From: Candidatus Poribacteria bacterium
Lineage (GTDB): Bacteria > Poribacteria > WGA-4E > PCPOR2b
Reading direction: 5' to 3'
NCBI GenBank assembly: GCA_965198175.1
Contig: OZ240245.1
Coordinates: 1,568,001-1,632,000, forward strand
Length of the DNA: 64,000 bases
The notes below the pieces were generated by a model, which worked only from the letters and a program-made list of their open reading frames with translations, did no database searches and had not been told where the DNA came from. Positions 1-10,022 of this stretch are shown piece after piece. Each line of letters opens with the position of its first letter. Positions within the stretch are counted from its first letter, which is position 1. Position numbers and translations under genes: made by a program.

Positions 1-1
1 C

Positions 2-325
2 CACGTCGCATGGTCACATTCGGCCGATTTAAGCGTCGTATATGTCAACGGTGAAAAGTTTCACGAAGAGCTGAATATGGGGGCACCTATCCCCACTGGG
101 GAGCCGATGATCTTCGGAAGAAGTGGGATTATAGCGGACGGAAATCCCAGGCAACAGAACTTCGAGGGGATCATGGACGACTTCGGGCTTTGGAATCGCC
201 CCTTATCTGACAAGGAAGTCAAGGAGGTCTTCGAGAGGGGGCTTGGGAACATTCTTGCCGTCTCCCCCCACGGTAAAATGACAACGACGTGGGCGGCGGT
301 AAAGGCGGAAATTAACAATCCCTGA
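2..325 (+). CDS. LamG-like jellyroll (ConA-like lectin) protein, 5'-truncated by window edge
   Basis: Open frame from base 2 (HVAWSH...YVNG...FEGIMDDFGLWNRPLS); paralog of 403..1173; C-terminal AVSPHGKMTTTWAAVK motif. Confidence 0.85.
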   Translation, partial: HVAWSHSADLSVVYVNGEKFHEELNMGAPIPTGEPMIFGRSGIIADGNPRQQNFEGIMDDFGLWNRPLSDKEVKEVFERGLGNILAVSPHGKMTTTWAAVKAEINNP

Positions 326-373
326 GTGGAGCAAAGGTCCCAAAAGTGGATGCTTCACTTCGTCCAGAGTAAC
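317..373. repeat. Degenerate copy of GTCATYCTGA-type palindromic (REP-like) repeat
   Basis: CCTGAGTGGAGCAAAGG...GATGCTTCACTTCGTCCAGAGTAAC resembles the copies at 2468 and 7835. Confidence 0.4.
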
Positions 374-402
374 AATCCTTCATTCTGAGAAAGGAGAAAG
401 TC

Positions 403-1173
403 ATGAAACGACGGGGACTCTGTGCTGCGTTGATTGTCCTACTAGCGCTCGCTATTCAACCCCTCGTTTTCGCCGACATCTTAGACGGGCTGATCGGGTA
501 CTGGCCGTTTGACGAAGGCGAAGGCGAGGTGACCGTTGATGAGATTGGTGGACATGATGGAGCAATCGAACGTGCTACTTGGACAGATCAGGCGATTGAG
601 GGGAAAGCGCTGAAATTCGTGCCGCAAGACGATACAAAGGTACGCGTTGAAGACGCCAAGGACCTCGATGAACTCCCGGACGGATTAACGGTTGCGAACT
701 GGATAAGGCCGCTGAGCCGAGGTGCGATGATGGATAAGTCCGGTCGGGCAGATAGAATGCAGTGGTTTCTCATGGAAGATGGACGTCTCCATTGGGGAGC
801 TGGGCCCAACTTCACCTTTACCGATGGCCCCGTAGTCAAGTTCGGAGAGTGGTCCCACGTCGCATGGTCGCACAATCCCGTGGACGAAAGCGTTGCGTAT
901 GTCAACGGTGAGGAAGTTCACAACCAGAAGGGATTAGGGAAGGTTCTCCCCACCGGCGAGCCGATGTACTTCGGAGACATGGGAGTCCTGCCGGGCAACA
1001 ATCCCAAGCAACAGAATTTCGAGGGTATCATTGACGAGATTGGCTTTTGGAATCGCCCCTTATCAGCAAAAGAAGTCAAGGAGGTGTTCGACAGGGGGCT
1101 CAATCAAATTCTTGCCGTCTCCGCCCACGGTAAATTGGCAATGACGTGGGCGGCGGTGAAGGCGAGGAATTAG
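403..1173 (+). CDS. Secreted LamG-like jellyroll domain protein
   Basis: AAGGAG RBS; signal peptide; GLIGYWPFDEGEG, WSHVAW, YVNG, FEGIIDEIGFWNRPLS motifs. Confidence 0.85.
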   Translation: MKRRGLCAALIVLLALAIQPLVFADILDGLIGYWPFDEGEGEVTVDEIGGHDGAIERATWTDQAIEGKALKFVPQDDTKVRVEDAKDLDELPDGLTVANWIRPLSRGAMMDKSGRADRMQWFLMEDGRLHWGAGPNFTFTDGPVVKFGEWSHVAWSHNPVDESVAYVNGEEVHNQKGLGKVLPTGEPMYFGDMGVLPGNNPKQQNFEGIIDEIGFWNRPLSAKEVKEVFDRGLNQILAVSAHGKLAMTWAAVKARN

Positions 1174-1555
1174 AATGAGCAGATTTGCAAAGGCGCCGTC
1201 TTGTTACGCATTCCCTCGGATTGGAGGGCTCGCGGAGAGTCTAGAGGAGGTTTAAGACATTCGGATCTGAGCCAAATTTGGCTGAAATGGTTAAGTCTAG
1301 CCATTTCTTCCTCCCCCTTTTGACCCTCAAAGTCTGAGAGTTGGACAGTAAGGGGGTAATTATTCACCGCAATAGCTAGCATCGCGGTGTAAACAATCGC
1401 TGGTTTGTTTGGTTATGGTTGGGGTTGCCCAATCATAACTTCAGTTGTACTACTTCAATGCTATCACTGGATAACCTTAAATAAGTGTGAAGGAAACGGT
1501 TGTTTCGCACATAACTACGATACCGTTTGGTTTCGTTTTGAGAAAGGAAAAAATC

Positions 1556-2332
1556 ATGCAACAACAGAAACGCTGCGCTACGTTGATGGTACTTATTGCG
1601 TTTGCCTTTATGCATTCCAACGCTTTCTCTGCTCCCGACCTTACAGACGGGTTGATGGGCAAATGGTCTTTTGACGAAGGACAAGGAGACGCGGCTCGCG
1701 ATGAGATTGGCGGGCATGATGGTGTGGTTGAACGTGCTACCTGGACAACTGATGCAAAAGGTGGTGGGTACGCACTGGAATTTAGTCCTGCGGACGATAC
1801 GAAAGTGACTGTCGCTCATTCCAACGACTTCTTCGGCGCCGACGGTTCGTTCACGGTATCGAACTGGGCGAAACCGCTGAGCCGAGGTGCAATGATGGAT
1901 AAATCCGATAAAGCCAACCGAATTCAGTGGTATATCCTTGAGGAGGATCCAGGCTGGCGGTTCCACTGGGGCGGCGGACCTGGGTTTACTTTTTCGCCCT
2001 TTGCGGCCAACTGGGGAGAATGGCATCACTGCGCATGGGTGCACACGGCCTCGGCAAGCACCGCGTACCTTGATGGCGTAGCAATTCACACAGAGCCAGA
2101 TATGGGACCGATTATCCTCACTACGGAGCCGATGTACTTTGGAGACATGGGGATTTTAGCGGCGGGCAATCCCAAGCAACAGAACTTTGAGGGTGTGTTG
2201 GACGAATTCCACATTTGGAATCGAGCCTTATCTGCTGAGGAGATTATGCAATTCTTTCAGGGGGGAGGTACTGCCGTCTCTCCGAAAGGGAAATTGGCTA
2301 TTACGTGGGCGGACTTGAAGGCTTCAGATTAA
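1556..2332 (+). CDS. Secreted LamG-like jellyroll domain protein
   Basis: ATG at 1556 after AAGGA, with an upstream context like that of 403; signal peptide; WSFDEG, WHHCAW, FEGVLDEFHIWNRALS motifs. Confidence 0.85.
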   Translation: MQQQKRCATLMVLIAFAFMHSNAFSAPDLTDGLMGKWSFDEGQGDAARDEIGGHDGVVERATWTTDAKGGGYALEFSPADDTKVTVAHSNDFFGADGSFTVSNWAKPLSRGAMMDKSDKANRIQWYILEEDPGWRFHWGGGPGFTFSPFAANWGEWHHCAWVHTASASTAYLDGVAIHTEPDMGPIILTTEPMYFGDMGILAAGNPKQQNFEGVLDEFHIWNRALSAEEIMQFFQGGGTAVSPKGKLAITWADLKASD

Positions 2333-2366
2333 CCACCACCCGCTCCACGCGTGTTGAATGCGATCC

Positions 2367-2425
2367 ATGGAGCCTGTGATGCACCTCCTATATCCGCTTG
2401 AAGCTGGATGCGTCGCGGGCTCCAT
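2367..2425 (+). terminator. Long stem-loop downstream of the LamG cluster (terminator-like or stabilising hairpin)
   Basis: 17-bp stem ATGGAGCCTGTGATGCA/TGCGTCGCGGGCTCCAT with 3 G-U pairs on the + strand; weak U tail. Confidence 0.45.
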
Positions 2426-2467
2426 TTCCCGCATGACTTCACCTTAAACAGTCATAAATGGCCGGTT

Positions 2468-2555
2468 TGTCATTCTGAACAACAGCGGAGAATTGCATTG
2501 CCCCGAGATCGTTGCGCAGTTTGGAATCCCGATTATACCTCAGTTCAGGATGACA
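2468..2555. repeat. GTCATYCTGA-type palindromic (REP-like) repeat
   Basis: Inverted termini TGTCATTCTGAAC ... GTTCAGGATGACA. Confidence 0.55.
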
Positions 2556-2710
2556 TCTGAAAATATCATTCGCTCGTTCAGTCCTCAGACGCATTGACTA
2601 CGGTTCCAAAGCGCCCGCTGAAAAACGGTGGCATTTGAAGCCCCGGCATTGCACCTCACCAATCCTTTTGCTCGGCATTCTGCTTATTCCCATCAACGCC
2701 TGCCTCCTGT

Positions 2711-4609
2711 ATGCAGAAACGAACCATCCACATTAAAACCATCTGTGCGGTTGCTGTTGGTGCCCTGCTTATTCCGGTGAACCAGTATTGGTTGATGCGC
2801 GCCGAAACCATTTACCCGGGCACATTTTCGACGCTCTTGACCATCTTTTACAACGTGACCTTCACGTTGTTTGTGCTTGTTGCGGCGAACACTGCACTTC
2901 GGCGCGTTGCCCCGCGTACCGCGTTTGGCCCGAGCGAACTCTTGATTGTCTTCGTCATGCTTACCGTCGCCACGGGAATCTTCGGGCACGATCTAATGCT
3001 CGTGCTCGTCCAGTCGCTCGCCGGCACCGGCTGGTACGCAACACCAGAAAATGACTGGGCAAACCTATTTCTCCGCCACCTGCCCTCTTGGCTTCGAATT
3101 GACGATGAGGCTGCCCAGGACTATTTTCTCGGAGAGTCCGCCCTTTACTATGAGGCGCACATACGTGCATGGTACCGGCCCGTGCTTTACTGGAGCGCCT
3201 TTATTGTAGTCCTGCTCTTCGTTACCCTCTGCCTGACCGCCATTGTTCGGCGGCAGTGGACCGAGCACGAGAAGTTGGCTTACCCCATCATCCAGTTGCC
3301 GATCGCGCTCGCAACGGGTAACTCTATTTTGAGGAATCGAATGCTGTGGCTGGGCTTCACCATGGCAGGGACACTCGATCTGATGAACGGCTTGCACGCG
3401 TACATCCCGGTCATCCCGGTGTTTACGCCTAGCATGGACATCGGCGCCTACATAACGGAGAAGCCGTGGACAGCTGCCAGGCCACTAGTGGCATGGATTT
3501 ATCCTTTCGTCGTGGGTTTAGGGTACTTCCTCCCCGTGAATCTGTCGCTGTCGGCTTGGTTTTTCTACCTGATGTGGAAGGCAGGGTTGGTGTTCCGCGC
3601 GGCAATCGGCATCTGGGAAACGCCTGGCCCGTTTCGGAGTTACCAGACTGCCGGTTCGTGGATGATTTTGACGGCAATTATTGCGTGGACGGGTCGTCGG
3701 CACTTGAGGGGCGTGATTCGGGCAGCTGTTCGTGGCACGCAGGACACTGGAGATGAGGGAGAGCCGATGCGGTACCGTAGCGCCGTTATCGGTCTGGCAG
3801 GCGGTGTGGTGCTACTCGTGGCAATGCTTATGATGGCAGGGTTGTCAGTATGGGTTGGCGCATTGTTCATTCTGATTTATCTGGCATACATGATCGCGAT
3901 CAGCCGCATTCGAGCGGAGGCGGGTCCGCCATCCCACGACGCAGAGTTCATGGGCCCCGAACAGGTTCTGCTCAATATCTTTGGTCCCCGGCGTATAGGA
4001 CCGAAGAATGTTGCACTGTTTAGTGGGTTGTACTGGATGAGTCGTGCCTATCGCAGCGTTCCCATCGGACATCAGCTTGAGGGCTTCAAGACAGCCCAGG
4101 TTGCAGGCGGGTCGGGTCGGGTATTCCTGATGGCGATGGTCATCGCCTCGGTCGTCGGGACGATCAGCGGCTTTTGGATTTTCCTTGAAGCGATGTATCG
4201 GTATGGAGCGACGAACGTCCAGCATCAGATCGGGATGGAACCTTTTCGGCGACTCCAGCCGTGGGTCTTAGCTCCGGGGCATCGGAACTATGAGCTCCTG
4301 CGGGAGATGGGGATTGGTGCGGTCATCACAGGAGTCCTAGTGGTTTTCCATCATCGATATGTTGGATTTCCCTTTCACCCAGTGGGTTATGCTATCGCAG
4401 GCGGATCAGTCATGGAGAAGCGAGCGTGGTTTTCCATTCTCCTCGCATGGGCTTTAAAGATGACCATACTGACGGTGGGTGGGCCGCGACTGTATCGCCG
4501 TTTCGTGCCGTTCTTCGCCGGCCTCATATTGGGGCAGCACATGGTGGGCGGTTTGTGGACGATTGTCGGCATCGCGCAAGGAGAGGTCGTCTACCGCTTT
4601 TTCCGTTGA
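2711..4609 (+). CDS. Polytopic membrane protein, probably DUF6785/DUF6784 family (putative transporter)
   Basis: 632 aa, many hydrophobic helices; RRQWTEHEKLAYPIIQLP, RIRAEAGPP and FPFHPVGY motifs. Confidence 0.7.
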   Translation: MQKRTIHIKTICAVAVGALLIPVNQYWLMRAETIYPGTFSTLLTIFYNVTFTLFVLVAANTALRRVAPRTAFGPSELLIVFVMLTVATGIFGHDLMLVLVQSLAGTGWYATPENDWANLFLRHLPSWLRIDDEAAQDYFLGESALYYEAHIRAWYRPVLYWSAFIVVLLFVTLCLTAIVRRQWTEHEKLAYPIIQLPIALATGNSILRNRMLWLGFTMAGTLDLMNGLHAYIPVIPVFTPSMDIGAYITEKPWTAARPLVAWIYPFVVGLGYFLPVNLSLSAWFFYLMWKAGLVFRAAIGIWETPGPFRSYQTAGSWMILTAIIAWTGRRHLRGVIRAAVRGTQDTGDEGEPMRYRSAVIGLAGGVVLLVAMLMMAGLSVWVGALFILIYLAYMIAISRIRAEAGPPSHDAEFMGPEQVLLNIFGPRRIGPKNVALFSGLYWMSRAYRSVPIGHQLEGFKTAQVAGGSGRVFLMAMVIASVVGTISGFWIFLEAMYRYGATNVQHQIGMEPFRRLQPWVLAPGHRNYELLREMGIGAVITGVLVVFHHRYVGFPFHPVGYAIAGGSVMEKRAWFSILLAWALKMTILTVGGPRLYRRFVPFFAGLILGQHMVGGLWTIVGIAQGEVVYRFFR

Positions 4610-4775
4610 GATACTCCATAATCCAACCGGCTGACAACTGACAGACTCGCATGGAAAGGAAAGTGCAATACGTGAAACGAAACCGACGTTTCTGCCAAAA
4701 ACCTCGGCTTCTGTTGCACCATTCCTAAACATAATCGGGGAAATTTGTGAATCAACCACGTCCGGAGGAAGAATC

Positions 4776-6887
4776 ATGTTTATCAACCCGAAAGAGTTAA
4801 AACCCATCAGCACCGTTGTGGATGGTTACGAAGTCCGTGCTTTCGGTCACATTGACGTTTTATCGGTCAGTCCAACGTACTTTCCGGACCTGTTCATCCA
4901 GGTCGGCAACGCTCATCCCGTGAAAAAGATACACCCAAAAAAATCGTGGGAAATCGTAGATCACGTCATTGGGATGACACCGAGGCGTATGCCCAGCGCA
5001 GCTATCCGTGGCGTTCAGCTCTACCATAACACATATTTCATTGATGGCGACTGGAACACGGTTGGGTTTGCCGGCACGTATCAACATGGTCCAGATACGC
5101 AATCGCAAGCGTGGCTGCGTATTCAACTTCCGATAACCTCCCGCATTCAGTCGGTAAAGCTTGTGTCCGCGAAGGGCGCTCTCGCCTTTCCGGTTCACTT
5201 CGAAATTCGCGTTTGTCAGTGGCACATATTCTCTCATACACGCCAGTGGAAGACGGTGTACCAGGCCGAAGATTCCACGGAATACAAACCCGGAATGTAT
5301 GACTGGCCTGCCAGACCACGATTCAACTACGACACAATCAAGCCCGATACTCCGATTCGCATTGACCTTACCTGGAGTGAAGGTGGACACGGCGAAGAGG
5401 TCGAAGTGCGAGAATGCGCCTTTGAGCCAACAGAAGCCCGCGAGGTGTGGATACTCTCACCTCAAGACTTCCTAAACGCCGAAGTCGAGGTAATCGACGA
5501 ATCCGGTCAAAATATCGCTCTGTTATCAAGGGGAGCCACTGCGTCTGTTTCCCGCCCGATTCAGACGTTCTGGGTTGACGCGAGGACGCATGCGGACACG
5601 TGGTCGCTGAACTACGATATGGGGGTGAAGTGGGTGAAAGTGAATTTCTGGCTGGAGCCGCTCAACTGGCAATTCGTTGAGCGAGAGAAAGGCCGCTATG
5701 AAATTGACCCGTTTACAGATGCCGCCATCACCGAAGCAGTAGAATGCGGTGTCAATATCGTGATGTGTCTGGGCGGTTTATACGGCTTGCCCAATCATCC
5801 GGACTACCCGGTGGAAGTTGAGCGCATTGAGGGATTCTGCAACTACGTCCGATTCATGGTCGAGCATTTTAAGAATCGGGTGCAATACTACGAGATTTTC
5901 AACGAGTACTATGAGCAGCACACGTATTCTCCTGACTCCGGTCCGTATGAGCTAGCCGCAGCTGAGTATGCTAGGTACGCGGTGCCTGCTGCGAAGGCCA
6001 TTAAAGCGGTCTATCCCGAGGCGAAGGTGGTCCTTGTGGGCCCAGATCCCCTCGCATGGGACTTTATCGAGGCAAGTCTCAATGCCGGTTTGGCCGGCTT
6101 GGTGGACGTTATCTCATGGCATCAATATCAGTGGACTATGCCGCCAGAGGTATTGGACCGCCCAAACTACCCGTGGGTGGGTCCCGAAGTGAAAACCTAC
6201 GCTGATGCTGTCCGGTATGTCCAGAGAGCCGCTAACGCCTACGGCGTTCACGAGTTTCACAACAATGAAGCCGGCGCCTACGCCTTTTATTGGGGTGAAG
6301 AAAGACCTTCCACGCTTGTCTCGGCGAAGTATCTGGCTCGAACGATGGTTCTACACGCGACTCTGAAAGTGCCTACTTTCTGGAATCGCACAGATTCTTA
6401 CTTCCTACAGAGTGGAGCGTCTTCAGCGGGTGACACTTCTTTGTCGGAAGGTGCGCCTGAAGGGTCGCTGCAGCCGGCCTTTTCCTACTACGTCTGCCGA
6501 ACACTGTGTGCGTTGATGGACAGTGTGAAGCCAATGGACCTTGACTTCGCGCTCGTTGCTGACCGGGAAGTAGATGTGGAGAAGCACGCCTTCCAGTGTC
6601 CCGATGGAGATCTTCTTCTTGCCATGTGGATACTAGATGTCGGCGCCGACGACTACCCGGCTGTTGAAGCAACGCTCTCCGTTGCCGCAACTGCTGCTGA
6701 GGTCGTCGGCTACGAGTTGCTCAACGGACAGGAGCAGCCGCTCGACTTCACTCATGCAGGGGAAACGCTGGAAATAAACCGGTTGCTCATCCGGGACTAT
6801 CCTTTATTGATTCGCTTGAGCAAACACAAAAACTCTAATAGTCAACAAGATGATAGCCCCGTCTCCCCTCTTAATCTTTCCTCTTAG
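4776..6887 (+). CDS. Putative clan GH-A glycoside hydrolase (GH39/GH5-like) with N-terminal beta-sandwich domain
   Basis: WQFVEREKGRYE, YYEIFNE (acid/base), DVISWHQY and HNNEAG (nucleophile-like) motifs. Confidence 0.6.
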   Translation: MFINPKELKPISTVVDGYEVRAFGHIDVLSVSPTYFPDLFIQVGNAHPVKKIHPKKSWEIVDHVIGMTPRRMPSAAIRGVQLYHNTYFIDGDWNTVGFAGTYQHGPDTQSQAWLRIQLPITSRIQSVKLVSAKGALAFPVHFEIRVCQWHIFSHTRQWKTVYQAEDSTEYKPGMYDWPARPRFNYDTIKPDTPIRIDLTWSEGGHGEEVEVRECAFEPTEAREVWILSPQDFLNAEVEVIDESGQNIALLSRGATASVSRPIQTFWVDARTHADTWSLNYDMGVKWVKVNFWLEPLNWQFVEREKGRYEIDPFTDAAITEAVECGVNIVMCLGGLYGLPNHPDYPVEVERIEGFCNYVRFMVEHFKNRVQYYEIFNEYYEQHTYSPDSGPYELAAAEYARYAVPAAKAIKAVYPEAKVVLVGPDPLAWDFIEASLNAGLAGLVDVISWHQYQWTMPPEVLDRPNYPWVGPEVKTYADAVRYVQRAANAYGVHEFHNNEAGAYAFYWGEERPSTLVSAKYLARTMVLHATLKVPTFWNRTDSYFLQSGASSAGDTSLSEGAPEGSLQPAFSYYVCRTLCALMDSVKPMDLDFALVADREVDVEKHAFQCPDGDLLLAMWILDVGADDYPAVEATLSVAATAAEVVGYELLNGQEQPLDFTHAGETLEINRLLIRDYPLLIRLSKHKNSNSQQDDSPVSPLNLSS

Positions 6888-6955
6888 GGGGCAGACATAG
6901 AAGGGAGATGGATAAGGCCACCGTATTCTGAGCATACTAAAGGAGGAACTGTCAG

Positions 6956-7807
6956 ATGATTATTGATATGCGGCTACGGCCGCCTTGGAAGAGCATTCCG
7001 ACTCTGGCCGTTTATAATTTCCCACCCGGCGGTTATGCGCCAGAGATTAAAGGGGCAGAGCGGCCACGCTCGGCCACAGAACGCTCGATGGACCTACTCT
7101 TGCAGGAGATGGATGAAGCAGAAATTCGATGGGGTGTCGTCATGGGTCGCCTGGCGGATGAGCAGTACGGCACGATTGAAAACGAGGATATTTATGAACT
7201 GGTGGAGGCATACCAGAACCGTTTCGTGGGATTCCCCGCGGTGGATAGTGTGCGTCCACGAGAGTCCCTTGATGAGCTACACCGGGTCGCCAAGCATCCT
7301 CAGATGCCGGGGGTTCACTTGGAACCCATGGGAGCAGCGCCAGCTCGCGGAGCAGATGACCGTGTGTATTATCCTCTCTATGCAGAGGCAGAACGCCTGG
7401 AGGTCATTGTGGCCATTTCGGGCGGGGGTCTCATGGGCCCCGACTTTACCTATGTTGACCCCATCGCCATTCAACGTGTCGCCAGGGACTTCCCCGGACT
7501 CACATTGATCATGTGTCACGGGGGATGGCCTTGGGTCCATCAGGCAATTGCGGTTGCGTACTCTTGCCCCAACGTATATGTGTCCCCGGATATGTATATG
7601 ATTTATCCTGAGATTCCCGGCGGGCTGGAGTATGTCCGCGCGGCGAACCTGTTGCTAGAAGATCGCATCGTATTTGGAACAGCGTATCCGACACGACCGC
7701 TGCCAGAAAGTGTGGAGGACTTCCACCGACTTCCCTTCCGAGACGACCAGGTAAAGCACAAAGTGCTGTATGCTACTGCGGCACGCCTTCTTGGACTGGA
7801 GGATTAG
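6956..7807 (+). CDS. Amidohydrolase_2 family metal-dependent hydrolase
   Basis: AGGAGG RBS; MIID start; YYPLYAEA, RDFPGLTLIMCHGGWPW and IVFGTAYP motifs. Confidence 0.85.
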   Translation: MIIDMRLRPPWKSIPTLAVYNFPPGGYAPEIKGAERPRSATERSMDLLLQEMDEAEIRWGVVMGRLADEQYGTIENEDIYELVEAYQNRFVGFPAVDSVRPRESLDELHRVAKHPQMPGVHLEPMGAAPARGADDRVYYPLYAEAERLEVIVAISGGGLMGPDFTYVDPIAIQRVARDFPGLTLIMCHGGWPWVHQAIAVAYSCPNVYVSPDMYMIYPEIPGGLEYVRAANLLLEDRIVFGTAYPTRPLPESVEDFHRLPFRDDQVKHKVLYATAARLLGLED

Positions 7808-7834
7808 TTGTGTGTAAAATAAATCCTGACACAT

Positions 7835-7898
7835 TGTCATTCTGAGCCGCATGCGAAGAATCTCGCCCTTGAGATGCTTCGCTACACTCGGCATGACA
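7835..7898. repeat. GTCATYCTGA-type palindromic (REP-like) repeat
   Basis: TGTCATTCTGAG..GCGAAGAATCTC / GAGATGCTTCGC..CTCGGCATGACA inverted arms. Confidence 0.65.
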
Positions 7899-8100
7899 TG
7901 GTAAGTGAGCAACCCCGATAGATCGGGATTCAAAGCAACTTACTCGCTTCAAGCGGGCTGGTAGTGAGATTCTCGCGTGGCGGACTCGCCTTACTTTACT
8001 ATCGATCCTATGCAACGACGTCCACAAGAGTCAAACCGGAAAATTGTTCCGAATGGTCCAAACCTTCGGAAGGTTTATCCGCTTTCCTGGAGGGAAAAAC

Positions 8101-8895
8101 ATGCAAGGAAAAGGCATGAATTACCGGCAATCTACATTCGCTCTCTACGTGCTGGTTGCGCTGGCATATGGGCCCGGCGGGACTGCGCTGGCAGCAGCCG
8201 ATTTTGAAATGGGGCTTGTCCTCTACTACCCATTCGAGGGCAGTGGCGAGGACCAGATTACAGATAGGAGCGGAGAAGAAAACCACGGCGTCTTCAAGGG
8301 CGCAGTGCGAACAAAGGAGGGTAAATTCGGGAAAGCGCTCGAATTTGCCACGCATCACGACGGGGCGGAAATTCCCGATTCGCCCAGCTTGCTCGTCGAA
8401 AACAAGGGCGACGGCTTTACGGTGTCCTTCTGGGTCTACCCGATTGAATGGAACGTCGCCGGCAACGCTGAAAACAGAGCAGTGTACCGGCACATGCAAT
8501 ATAATGTCGATTTCCTCCGTGGCGGGGGGCGGTTCCACGTCCAAAAGAACAACGCCTGGCCCGGAATCAATGGGGCGCCGGCGATGCCCTTAGAGGAGTG
8601 GGTTCTGGTCAGCGCAACCTGGTCTCCGAAAGAGGGCTCCACGCTCTACCGTGACGGACTTGAGATTGCAGCCCACCCCGGTATCCGCGGAGAGATTGAT
8701 GAGAACCAGCAGTGGACCGCTCTCGGGTTCTTTTCGCCTCACGAGGCGTACGTAGGGAGGATGGATGACCTACGCATCTACAACCGTCTGCTCAATGAGG
8801 ACGAAGTGGAGGAACTGTTTGAATATGAACCGCTTCAGGCTGTTTCGCCCGAAGGGTCGCTTGCCACGATATGGGGAACTGTCAAGACAAATTGA
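8101..8895 (+). CDS. Secreted LamG-like jellyroll domain protein
   Basis: GGAGG RBS; signal peptide; GLVLYYPFE, GKFGKALEF, GRMDDLRIYNRLL motifs; C-terminal AVSPEGSLATIWGTVK. Confidence 0.85.
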   Translation: MQGKGMNYRQSTFALYVLVALAYGPGGTALAAADFEMGLVLYYPFEGSGEDQITDRSGEENHGVFKGAVRTKEGKFGKALEFATHHDGAEIPDSPSLLVENKGDGFTVSFWVYPIEWNVAGNAENRAVYRHMQYNVDFLRGGGRFHVQKNNAWPGINGAPAMPLEEWVLVSATWSPKEGSTLYRDGLEIAAHPGIRGEIDENQQWTALGFFSPHEAYVGRMDDLRIYNRLLNEDEVEELFEYEPLQAVSPEGSLATIWGTVKTN

Positions 8896-9349
8896 AGTTG
8901 ACAATTGAAGCCTGCCCTAATGAACACGGTCATCTTGATATTCCGATTGCTGCCGGCGCGATTGGGTGGCAAAGAAATTGAGGACAGGAGCAGAGGACGG
9001 CTGGTAATGACGCAGTCCAGACAAAGAAGGGGAAATTCACGCGAATGAGCAGGCTCTGGGCTTCGAAATTCCTATGGCGCAACTGCTGTTGGGTTTTCGG
9101 TGCCTAAGAATAACATGTAAATCCTCCCTTGAGAGGAGGTCCTCGCTGCCGACGCCGCCTTGTGTTTATGCTATTGTCTCAACACCCTTTAAGGGTGTGT
9201 TTCTTGTCACGGGTCAACCTCATCGCGGACACCTTTTACTTCAGCGGGGATTTTGTTTTCGAGTCTTCCCTCACGTAAGATTATCCTTAAGCATCACGGC
9301 GATAATTTAAATCGCTACGCCGCATATTACATTTGAATGGGGAGTTACA

Positions 9350-9950
9350 TTCGACATTCGAAGCTAATTCCATCTGCCCTGGGTGACGTTGACCGTATGG
9401 AGTCCACAGCCCGTGATGAGCTTATTGCCGAAGCGGAGCAACTCAGCGCTATCGCCGAAAGCATTCAATGTCCGGCGGTTCAATTGGCGTTCTCCCATTT
9501 TTAGGAAGCCTTGAGACAGGGGAGTTGAAGCTCACCGCTAAGAACATCCCGGATATCGGTAAGCGGCATGGATTGAAGTTTCAAATGAAACCTATGGCTT
9601 GGGCACCTATCCATTCCCTCTCCTAAAGTCTACAAGTAATTGAAGAAGCCAGCCGGGACAACATGATGATGGTAATTGATTATCGGCAGTTGTACGCGGG
9701 CGGAGAATCGACGCCTGATGACGTGGAAAAGTTGGACAGTTCAATGATTTACATTGCCCATTTCTGCGATGACATTGCGCACAAGGAAGACGCGGCATAG
9801 AATGAAGTGGAACTCTGAGACTTCCTTCCGGGAGACGGTGAGATCCCAGTTCAGGAATAGCTGTACGCGGTCCGCTCGACGGGGTTTAATGGAATCCGAT
9901 CATGTGAACTTCCGAGTCTCAGTCACTAGGCATAGAATCCCTGAGAGTTA
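9350..9950 (+). pseudogene. Decayed sugar-phosphate isomerase/epimerase (AP endonuclease 2 / xylose isomerase-like TIM barrel)
   Basis: Manual translation DELIAEAEQLSAIAESIQCPAVQ...DIGKRHGLKFQMKPMAW...SLQVIEEASRDNMMMVID...IYIAHFCD...FLPGDGEIPV with several in-frame stops. Confidence 0.6.
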
Positions 9951-10022
9951 ACTCGGGAATACAAGCGTCGCTTGGAATTTTATACTTCTTGATAGGGGTG
10001 CCACCCCATACTCAATTGAATT

